64,000 nucleotides of DNA, taken from positions 186,001-250,000 of IMG/VR virus record IMGVR_UViG_3300013094_000017. One strand, written 5' to 3'. The notes beneath the pieces are model-generated. The model ran no database searches and was not told the origin of the DNA. It saw nothing but the letters and a program-made list of their open reading frames with translations. This document shows, one piece after another, positions 56,740 to 64,000 of this stretch. The position numbers and the translations under genes are program-made. Each line of letters starts with the position of its first letter. The stretch's first letter is position 1.

Positions 56740-57038
56740 TATTAAATCGTACACAATTTGCCATACACTTTAACAATCTGCAACCTGGACTAGGTAATCG
56801 CAGTAGTGCCTTATGGAGTCCCGAAGAATATCTTAGAGTAAACAAATCTGTGGCATTTGTTTGTGTTAAACCTATTAACGTATCGGCGATAGGAAAAATA
56901 GTATATTGGAACTGGTGCAAGAAACACTTACAAGGAAAAGTAGCCTGCTACAGCAGCGATGATATTAACGAAGAAGAATGGTGGGGATTTACTAATCCCG
57001 ATGATATTGTATTTTGGATGCTAAGATGGGCGAACTAA
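56736..57038 (+). CDS. LKW-motif family protein
   Basis: Ends FTNPDDIVFWMLRWAN. Confidence 0.65.
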   Translation: MILNRTQFAIHFNNLQPGLGNRSSALWSPEEYLRVNKSVAFVCVKPINVSAIGKIVYWNWCKKHLQGKVACYSSDDINEEEWWGFTNPDDIVFWMLRWAN

Positions 57039-57316
57039 TAAACTCAAATACATTCGCTGATAATACAGAGAACTCTAAAGACAGAGAAGATTGGTTACTT
57101 AGACGTAACAGATACTGGATGAGATTGCGTGCAGTCCATCGTGAGTTTAATGCTCTTAAAGGTGGGAATTACTCAGCAGGTGACGAACTTTTTGTCAAAT
57201 ACCTGCAAGATACCTACGGAGTTCAAATGCATGTTGAAAACACCCATATTACTGCCCTCTACAATGTAGTAGACAAATCAAAATATCTGTTATTCTTAAT
57301 GAAATTTGATGTATGA
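57026..57316 (+). CDS. LKW-motif family protein
   Basis: Ends VVDKSKYLLFLMKFDV. Confidence 0.65.
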   Translation: MGELINSNTFADNTENSKDREDWLLRRNRYWMRLRAVHREFNALKGGNYSAGDELFVKYLQDTYGVQMHVENTHITALYNVVDKSKYLLFLMKFDV

Positions 57317-57705
57317 GTTTTGGCGGCTTTTCGTTACCGTTTATAGGCACTAAAGAGGAATATCAAGAGCTAATGGCCAAACAAGAAATAGCAAAACGTA
57401 CACTCAATCTGTATAAGAATCTATTATGGCGGTATCGTCTTAGGACTGAGATCTCTATCAAGTGGCCCATTGGGTGGACACCACAGGATCATTTGGGCAA
57501 TAGTGCTGAAAGCTCAGACCCTAATGTTTGGTACCGTGATTGGTTTGAACAGCATGCTGGTCGTCAAGGATGGGCATGGGATTGGCGTATTGGTCAAACG
57601 CATACTTACGAACTTGATCCATTAGTTGAGGTGCATGATACATTACGCATTAAGTTTCGTGACCCAAAAATAGCAACCTTGTTTATATTAACTTGGGTAA
57701 GATAA
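57313..57705 (+). CDS. LKW-motif family protein
   Basis: WFEQHAGRQGWAWDW...FRDPKIATLFILTWVR. Confidence 0.65.
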   Translation: MSFGGFSLPFIGTKEEYQELMAKQEIAKRTLNLYKNLLWRYRLRTEISIKWPIGWTPQDHLGNSAESSDPNVWYRDWFEQHAGRQGWAWDWRIGQTHTYELDPLVEVHDTLRIKFRDPKIATLFILTWVR

Positions 57706-58017
57706 ATGGCAAAAAGTAGTTTTGAAGAGAGTCTTGAGGATATGATAATTCAGGAATGGTCTGAAAGTTGGGATCATGCCGTCTTAGATGAGCTATGGGG
57801 AAATACACCTAAGACCTACAGCATAAAAAAATCTTGGCGTGATCGCAGAGGCAGACAGATGCATCGCATTTCGGTCAGCGGTCGTGTGCTGGAATGGTTA
57901 GAAACTACACAGTCACAATACGGTAAATCAAATCCAGAATGGTGGAAGTTCCAAAATGAGATCAACATCACAGATAAGATGTTAAGTATGTTGATACTAA
58001 GATGGGGTAAGGAATGA
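57706..58017 (+). CDS. LKW-motif family protein
   Basis: Ends ITDKMLSMLILRWGKE. Confidence 0.65.
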   Translation: MAKSSFEESLEDMIIQEWSESWDHAVLDELWGNTPKTYSIKKSWRDRRGRQMHRISVSGRVLEWLETTQSQYGKSNPEWWKFQNEINITDKMLSMLILRWGKE

Positions 58018-58283
58018 TGTATAAAGTAACAAAATTAGATGGTAGATTTGCTGGATCAGATCGATACAAGTATTACATCAGCCCTAAGGGAAGAACTCCG
58101 TTTAATATAGTTAAACCTTTGTTCAACGATTGGCGCACATGGTGTTGGGCCACATGGGGACCAGCTAGCGAACGTGATTGGTATGCAAATGTTGACTGGG
58201 CATGGGATACTGAACACAATCATCTACGCATCTATCTGCGCAGTGATAAACAATTATCTATGTTCCACCTCAAGTGGGGTTAA
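58014..58283 (+). CDS. LKW-motif family protein
   Basis: WCWATWGP...LRSDKQLSMFHLKWG. Confidence 0.65.
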   Translation: MMYKVTKLDGRFAGSDRYKYYISPKGRTPFNIVKPLFNDWRTWCWATWGPASERDWYANVDWAWDTEHNHLRIYLRSDKQLSMFHLKWG

Positions 58284-58291
58284 ATAGTCGT

Positions 58292-58480
58292 ATGAGCAAC
58301 TACAACAAAGTACAGAATCAGATCAAACTGTTAGAAATCAAATTGAATAAATTTAGATTATACGAGCAAGAGATAAGATCAACAGATCAATGGAATACGA
58401 GACGTATTGATGATTGTGTTAAATCTCAGGAGAAATTAGTTGAGATGATCAAGTACTGGCGTGGTAAATTGCCTAGCTAG
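58292..58480 (+). CDS. Small late coiled-coil protein
   Basis: TTAAATA at 58280-58286. Confidence 0.5.
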   Translation: MSNYNKVQNQIKLLEIKLNKFRLYEQEIRSTDQWNTRRIDDCVKSQEKLVEMIKYWRGKLPS

Positions 58481-59234
58481 CAGCAAATATTACCTGTGCC
58501 GCGCCACTACCTGCTGGCGCATCTAAGATAGTCCAATCCATGCCCAAGACTGGTGTTTGGTGTATATGGCTACGTGGTATCCAATACTTATCTACATCAA
58601 TCTTAAGTTGATCAACGATATTGCTAAACACACTGTCCAAACAGATAACTGCCTGAGCGCCTTCGATTACCTTAAGCCAATCAAACACACAATCAGTAAT
58701 ACCTTCTGTGATATTAATCACTTGCCAGTCAGCGGGAACATTACTTAGATCTGGTTCACATTTAAACGAACTACCTTCTGTATGAGTTACAATGTAGTTT
58801 TTGTTCTTAACTACTCGATCATATAGAGCTGTTTCACGTGCAGGATTGCGGGTAATACATTCATCTAATTTCCATTTGTTTAGGAATGGAACACCTGCTT
58901 TGGTATATTTGAATTCATCAAAGTGTTGTATTTGAAAATAAGGAACTTGAGCAAGTTCCGGAACTGCATTAAGACTTTGGTACAAGCAAATAGTTTCTGT
59001 TACGCCCAATGCTTTGAGTCGTTTCATTGGTTCAGAATAAAAGAAATCACCTCGACTATCGACTGGGATTGGAATCCAGTTGACCCAGGGCGCCACATCG
59101 CGCACACTGGACCAAAAGGGTTCACAAATTGGCCAATAAATTTCATTTCCTTGATCTGCATAGTATTTGGCAATAGGAAGACCTATAACTAAATCCCCCA
59201 GCCCTCTCGATTGTAGTATTCCTAATTTACTCAT
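58473..59234 (-). CDS. GT9 (heptosyltransferase)-like glycosyltransferase
   Basis: QSRGLGDLVIGLPIAKYY, VICLDSVFSNI. Confidence 0.7.
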   Translation of the reverse strand: MSKLGILQSRGLGDLVIGLPIAKYYADQGNEIYWPICEPFWSSVRDVAPWVNWIPIPVDSRGDFFYSEPMKRLKALGVTETICLYQSLNAVPELAQVPYFQIQHFDEFKYTKAGVPFLNKWKLDECITRNPARETALYDRVVKNKNYIVTHTEGSSFKCEPDLSNVPADWQVINITEGITDCVFDWLKVIEGAQAVICLDSVFSNIVDQLKIDVDKYWIPRSHIHQTPVLGMDWTILDAPAGSGAAQVIFAAS

Positions 59235-59383
59235 TAATAATTGTCCATCCATACTGATAAAACATTAGCCTGTCCGTATATAGCATAGGCTTGTTGTGTT
59301 GCTTCGTAATTGTTACGGGCTGAAACTACAGTCTCACCCCAACCACCATTTGGAAAACGATAACGTACCTTAAAGCTAAACAT
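59234..59383 (-). CDS. 49-aa early-type protein
   Basis: Manual translation MFSFKVRYRFPNGGWGETVVSARNNYEATQQAYAIYG; own sigma70 promoter. Confidence 0.55.
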   Translation of the reverse strand: MFSFKVRYRFPNGGWGETVVSARNNYEATQQAYAIYGQANVLSVWMDNY

Positions 59384-59447
59384 AATATGCCCTTTCTAAG
59401 TTAACAGCATAAACATATTATAGTATCTATTACCGGTTTTGTCAACC

Positions 59448-60233
59448 TTAAAAGTAGTGTAATCCCGGGTGTTCTTTGAAGTAACATTCATTTCTAGTTA
59501 TCTCTAAATCTCTACGTGCTTCACACCAAATTTCCTGATGTCCTAGTCCAATTGCCACGCTGAGCGCCACGCTTTGATTGCCTATAAATGCATCAGCACC
59601 TGCGATGTATTCAGCTACTTCAAGTAGAGAGCCTGTAGGTTGATAAGGAATTTCCCAACCTGTTGCAGATTTAAATGCTTCGTACTCTTCTGGCAAGCCC
59701 AAAAAGAATGCTCGATCTTCAAAACCCTGTAAGGCCCAATCATTCCAAATAGGACTTAACTGAGGTGGTAACCATCGTGCAGTACGATTGATAGCAATGT
59801 TACGTCCTTCAACAGTCTTAATATCTGGTACTGTGAGCCAAGCATTATTTCGTAGTTCTGTTAACACTTCCGGATCTACAATACCAAACGCAGCCCCATA
59901 TACATCTACATAATTGCCCGGATGACGAATAAACAGTGGACGAAACTTATCTAGGTTATGTGTGATTTCGTCTACTGAAGGATTTAATTTAGCAAACTTT
60001 GTGATATAAGGTTGTGCTTCTAACAGACCTTTGATGAATTCGTAGTCCGTGTCGTTCATACGCCCTGCATGGAATGAGGGACTTTCTACACCATAATAAT
60101 GTCGACTAAGAAAGTCAATTTGGTCCATGTGTAGATAAAACGCACCACCACCAAAATGTTGTACTATGGGCAAACTGTAGATTAAGTCACCTGTTGTACC
60201 GCTATGGACGAAAGAGTTTGAAGTAATAATCAT
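59448..60233 (-). CDS. GT9-like glycosyltransferase-related protein
   Basis: HSGTTGDLIYSLP, LLEAQPYI, FIGNQS; paralogue of 31907-32683. Confidence 0.6.
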   Translation of the reverse strand: MIITSNSFVHSGTTGDLIYSLPIVQHFGGGAFYLHMDQIDFLSRHYYGVESPSFHAGRMNDTDYEFIKGLLEAQPYITKFAKLNPSVDEITHNLDKFRPLFIRHPGNYVDVYGAAFGIVDPEVLTELRNNAWLTVPDIKTVEGRNIAINRTARWLPPQLSPIWNDWALQGFEDRAFFLGLPEEYEAFKSATGWEIPYQPTGSLLEVAEYIAGADAFIGNQSVALSVAIGLGHQEIWCEARRDLEITRNECYFKEHPGLHYF

Positions 60234-60247
60234 AATATTCCTTAATA

Positions 60248-60307
60248 TATAAATATGTGTAGTTCGCGGGATTGGCGTCCCCAACTACTCTAACAGTTTA
60301 CAAGGAA
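60248..60307 (+). promoter_or_regulatory. Late promoter plus conserved structured leader of homing endonuclease
   Basis: TATAAATA; GTAGTT-CGC-GGGA-TTGGCG-TCCC-C-AACTAC; TAACA; AAGGAA. Confidence 0.7.
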
Positions 60308-60316
60308 CTATCAGCA

Positions 60317-61108
60317 ATGACTATTTACTACCTATATATCAAGACCCACAAAATAACTGGACTTAAATATCTCGGGCAAACATCTGCATCTGATCCGCAT
60401 AAGTATCCTGGCTCAGGAGTTGATTGGAAAAATCATCTTAAAGAACACGGATATAACTATACTACTGAAATTCTAAGAGAATGTCAATCAAAAGACGAAC
60501 GTAGAGAATGGGGATTATATTATAGTAATTTATGGAATGTAGTAGAAAGTGAAGAATGGGCTAATCGTATTCCAGAAACTGGCGGCGGTGGCAATATCAC
60601 CCCAGAAGGTTGTGCAAAAGCAGTTAATACTAGAAAACAAAAAGGAAGTTATAAACGAAATGAATCTGCTATTGCAAAAGGATTAGAAACAAGATTACTA
60701 AAATACGGAACAACAAATACCTCAACTCCTGCTGGTATAGTCAAAGGACTTGAAACTAAAAAACGAAATGGAACATCTGGTAATAATTTAACTCCTGAAC
60801 GTATTGCTAAATGTTTAGAGACTAAGAAGAAAAATGGTACAATGAATAGCAATACCCCTGAGTCAATTGCTAAAGGACTTAATACTAAAACAATTAACAG
60901 AAATACACCAAATTCACCCACGGTAATATCTAAGGCACTTGAAACTCGCCGTCGAAATGGCACCATGAATACATCAACTCCTGAATCGATTGCAAAACGA
61001 ACAGAAACTCGCAAAAAACGCATACAAGAAGGTACAGACGGAGTAATAATGAAGGTAGTTTGTCCACATTGTAATAAAGAAGGCGGGCAATCGATTATGG
61101 CACTTTGA
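60317..61108 (+). mobile_element. GIY-YIG (Seg-like) homing endonuclease with about 7 internal repeats; frameshifted C-terminus
   Basis: YYLYIKTHKITGLKYLGQT, YPGSG..W, WANRIPE; repeats TPExIAKxLETxxxNGT. Confidence 0.8.
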
Positions 61109-61246
61109 TAATTGCAAAAATCGCAATACTTGACAGATCTTGAGCAAGGTGTTATTATATATAAAGTTATCTCAGGGAGGTAAATGGGATAACTAAACTT
61201 GCGTCACCAAAATATCGGTGGTGCTAAACAAAGGGAGGTGCAAAGT

Positions 61247-61768
61247 ATGAGAGTATTTTTCTCAAAGATAGCGGCCTTGGTCGTAGCTCTAACAATATGT
61301 ATGACAGCTAGAGCGAATGAAGTAACCGACGTGCAGTTAACACGTCAGCTAACATGTTTAGCACAAAACATTTACCATGAAGCAGGCAGTGAAAGTATTC
61401 AAGGTAAAGTGGCTGTAGCACAAGTGACAATTAACCGTGCCAACAGTGGTAGATTTCCTAGTACCATATGTGGTGTAGTAAATCAAAAGACAGTCGTAGC
61501 AGATAAAACAATCTGCCAGTTCGATTGGGCCTGTGACCCTATTGCTCTAAACCGCAGAATATATAATGCGGCCTATCAAGAGAGTTACAGGGTAGCAGAG
61601 TTAGTTCTACTAGGTGGTAAGAGAGTAGAAGAGCTAGGCGAAAAGACCATGTATTTTCATAATACACAATCTAATCCACACTGGCCATTGCAACGTATTG
61701 CCCGCATAGGCAACCACGTATTCTATACCAGTGATACAGAAACAAGAAAGGTAGCATATAATAAATAA
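61247..61768 (+). CDS. Cell wall hydrolase SleB/Hydrolase_2
   Basis: CLAQNIYHEAGSE, AVAQVTINR, CQFDW, MYFHN, IGNHVFY; GGGAGGT RBS before ATG 61247. Confidence 0.9.
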   Translation: MRVFFSKIAALVVALTICMTARANEVTDVQLTRQLTCLAQNIYHEAGSESIQGKVAVAQVTINRANSGRFPSTICGVVNQKTVVADKTICQFDWACDPIALNRRIYNAAYQESYRVAELVLLGGKRVEELGEKTMYFHNTQSNPHWPLQRIARIGNHVFYTSDTETRKVAYNK

Positions 61769-61772
61769 GACT

Positions 61773-62453
61773 ATGAGAGCTAGAGAATTTATTATTGAAA
61801 ACAAGCGAGGTACACCAGAGGTTTTCCTAGATATGGATGGTGTCCTTGCTGACTTTTTTGCAGAGTATGCTAACCTAGCAGGAGTGAAAAGCGGTAGCTA
61901 TCGTGACATTCCTCCAGCTAAAGCAGATCCAACGCTACAAAAAATGGTGGGCACTGATTTCTTTGCCCGCCTTCCTAAATTTCCAAGTACTGACAGTCTA
62001 GTCAGTATGACAGTAAAGATGTTTGGACACTATCATATTTGCAGTAGCCCATTACGTGGCGACTTTGAAGGTAGTGAAAAATACAAAAAGATTTGGATCA
62101 AACAACATTTGAATCCACAACCAGTAGACATCCTTATTACACCAAACAAAGCCAAATATGCAGTACAAGCAGATGGTACTCCAAACATCTTAATTGATGA
62201 CCGTGGTAGTAACATCAGTGCTTGGGAAGCCGCAGGCGGAGTTGGTATTAAATATCAAGCAGATGAAGATGGTCTTGATGTAGTATTAGCAGGCTTCAAG
62301 CGTGCAGTAGATATCGTCAAAGGTCGTATGAAACACGAGCCACAGCAACTGACCAGCAAAGATAGATCAAGTGGCAAACTAATTGCCAAGAGTGGCGATG
62401 AAGAAGAACATCCAAGTTCGCCAGCAGATCTAAAGAATAAAGAAGTAGCATAA
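61773..62453 (+). CDS. HAD-family 5'(3')-deoxyribonucleotidase (NT5C-like)
   Basis: FLDMDGVLADF, K..WI..HL, ILIDDRGSNISAWEAAGG.GI. Confidence 0.85.
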   Translation: MRAREFIIENKRGTPEVFLDMDGVLADFFAEYANLAGVKSGSYRDIPPAKADPTLQKMVGTDFFARLPKFPSTDSLVSMTVKMFGHYHICSSPLRGDFEGSEKYKKIWIKQHLNPQPVDILITPNKAKYAVQADGTPNILIDDRGSNISAWEAAGGVGIKYQADEDGLDVVLAGFKRAVDIVKGRMKHEPQQLTSKDRSSGKLIAKSGDEEEHPSSPADLKNKEVA

Positions 62454-62466
62454 GGTAAATACTTGT

Positions 62467-63174
62467 ATGAGAGCAAATGAATTAATATCAGAAATGGGTT
62501 GGGGCGCAGACAGCCAAAAAGCAGGCACTGAACAAAATGCCCGTGATTGGGAACATGTTATGGCCAAACATACTAACAGTAGCCCAGAGGTCAAAACAAT
62601 CTTAAAGATGCTACGCCAAGGCAATTGGAAAGCAGCCTACGCTGAGAAAGAAGCCCTAGGTAACGGTGGCAAGAGTGTTGACTTTTGGCTAGCACATGCC
62701 AAGAAACAAGGCTATACAGAATCACTTGAAAAACGTCTTGCAGAAGAAATCGATCAAGACGAGTATACCAACGAAGCAGACATGGTGCAGAGTAATTTAC
62801 ACACTATTATCCGTATGGCAGAAGAATTAAGCAAGATCCTAGAAGTTAACGAAGATATGGCAGAATGGGCTCAAGAAAAGATTGCCGTGGTTAAATCTAT
62901 GATTGTTACTGTTGGAGATTATATCATCAGCCAACATGAACAGGGTAATGTACAACATACAGACGAAGAATTTGAACTAGATGAAAAGACATCACCTAAA
63001 CTATGCCGCAGTGGTAAACGTCTAGGACGTAGCGACTATTCAAGTTGCGTATCACAAGGGTTAAGAGCCCACACATCAAAAGGTAAAGGCCATACAGATG
63101 GACATGGCAACTATCTAAAAGGTAAGAAAGCCAAAAGTACTAGATACGGTGGCGATGTACCTGACTACAGCTAA
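62467..63174 (+). CDS. Probable internal head protein
   Basis: Late promoter; MRANELISE N-terminus; modular acidic/basic composition. Confidence 0.55.
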   Translation: MRANELISEMGWGADSQKAGTEQNARDWEHVMAKHTNSSPEVKTILKMLRQGNWKAAYAEKEALGNGGKSVDFWLAHAKKQGYTESLEKRLAEEIDQDEYTNEADMVQSNLHTIIRMAEELSKILEVNEDMAEWAQEKIAVVKSMIVTVGDYIISQHEQGNVQHTDEEFELDEKTSPKLCRSGKRLGRSDYSSCVSQGLRAHTSKGKGHTDGHGNYLKGKKAKSTRYGGDVPDYS

Positions 63175-63273
63175 CACAAATAATCAAGCCCATTTAGGGC
63201 TTGACTTATATCTGCATCTATGCTACTATTATGTTATAAATATCTTTAGTAAACCTTTTCAAGGAGTAAGATA

Positions 63274-63612
63274 ATGAAAAAACTATTAGTAGCTCTAGTA
63301 TTAACAATGTTCGCAACATCAGCAATGGCACATGGATACGGTCGCGGAGGATATTATGGCGGGTACCACGGTGGATACGGTGGCGGTTATGGTTGGGTCG
63401 CACCATTAGCAATCGGCGGGTTGATTGGATATGAATTATCACAACCACGAACAGTCGTAGTTACACCTCCTCCTGTGGTATATCAACAACAACCTATTAT
63501 CGTACAACAAGCCCCTAGTGTGTTGCCTCCAGCACCGTACGGTTATCACTACGAAAATATGTTAGATGCTAATTGTAACTGCTATAAAACTGTGTTAGTA
63601 GTCAATCAATAA
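63274..63612 (+). CDS. Secreted Gly/Pro-rich protein (PXPV-like)
   Basis: Signal peptide ending SAMA; GY-rich and P/V-rich tracts. Confidence 0.7.
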   Translation: MKKLLVALVLTMFATSAMAHGYGRGGYYGGYHGGYGGGYGWVAPLAIGGLIGYELSQPRTVVVTPPPVVYQQQPIIVQQAPSVLPPAPYGYHYENMLDANCNCYKTVLVVNQ

Positions 63613-63944
63613 TGGTACCTACAATAACAGTAACTGAATCAGCAGTTAATAAAGTAAGCAAACTATTAGCCGACGAAGGTAATCCCAATCTTAAACTACG
63701 CATCTTTGTCGAAGGTGGCGGATGCACAGGATTCCAATATGGATTTACCTTTGAAGAAAATCAAAACGATGATGACTTTGTTATCACTCAAAATGAAGTT
63801 ACATTCTTAGTTGATACTATGAGCTATCAGTATATGGTTGGTTCGGAAATAGATTATACAGAAAGTCTAATGGGTAGCCAATTCCAAATACGTAATCCTA
63901 ATAGTATCGGAACTTGCGGTTGCGGAAGTAGTTTCGCAGTATAA
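63612..63944 (+). CDS. erpA: Fe-S cluster insertion protein ErpA/IscA family
   Basis: [23 protein letters not shown]...TCGCGSSF. Confidence 0.92.
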   Translation: MVPTITVTESAVNKVSKLLADEGNPNLKLRIFVEGGGCTGFQYGFTFEENQNDDDFVITQNEVTFLVDTMSYQYMVGSEIDYTESLMGSQFQIRNPNSIGTCGCGSSFAV

Positions 63945-64000
63945 TGCTATATCAAGCACTGAAACCATATTCTATCCTATTGCAACATGACGAAACTCGC

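Larger units (their letters stand above)
2629..62461. promoter_or_regulatory. Dispersed T4-like late promoter motif (T/C/A)TAAATA
   Basis: TAAATA lies a few nt upstream of many starts: + strand 2639, 4493, 8576, 11082, 13364, 14962, 16978, 23237, 26425, 27299, 30553, 58281, 60250, 61762, 62456; - strand 2629-34, 23278-83, 47800-07. It resembles the T4 gp55 consensus TATAAATA. Confidence 0.8.

Noticed and set aside
1-64000. Stop-codon reassignment (alternative genetic code)
   Set aside because: Core genes are full-length under code 11, and TAA, TAG and TGA all end genes at expected positions.
1-64000. Diversity-generating retroelement or retron behind the paralogue arrays
   Set aside because: No reverse transcriptase motif and no TR/VR pair differing at adenines was seen in this window.

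Overview
64-kb segment of a large T4-like (Tevenvirales-type) myovirus genome. From memory, its core gene order resembles RaK2/GAP32/121Q-like jumbo phages; this was not verified by search. 1-31 kb is the conserved morphogenesis and replication core: gp15/14/13-like neck genes, dNMP kinase, tail sheath and tube, gp4, terminase, gp32, UvsX/Y/W, a miniature DnaE-like protein, primase and helicase. It is driven by a TAAATA late-promoter motif and invaded by homing endonucleases. 34-46.5 kb is an array of about 37 small early genes built as repeated cassettes, with about 23 copies of a sigma70 promoter plus conserved leader. 46.6-47.8 kb is an RNA locus: a tRNA-CAU, a tRNA whose middle is replaced by an HNH gene, and two candidate structured ncRNAs. 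48.1-49.2 kb is a repeat-rich non-coding region. 49-58.5 kb holds small genes, including 14 proteins sharing a C-terminal F-x-L-[KR]-W motif, and a full-length formate-tetrahydrofolate ligase. 58.5-64 kb holds glycosyltransferases, a GIY-YIG endonuclease, a SleB hydrolase, a nucleotidase and ErpA. Three genes appear to start at non-canonical ATT/ATC codons. All annotations come from manual motif recognition; no database searches were run, and structure predictions were made by eye.
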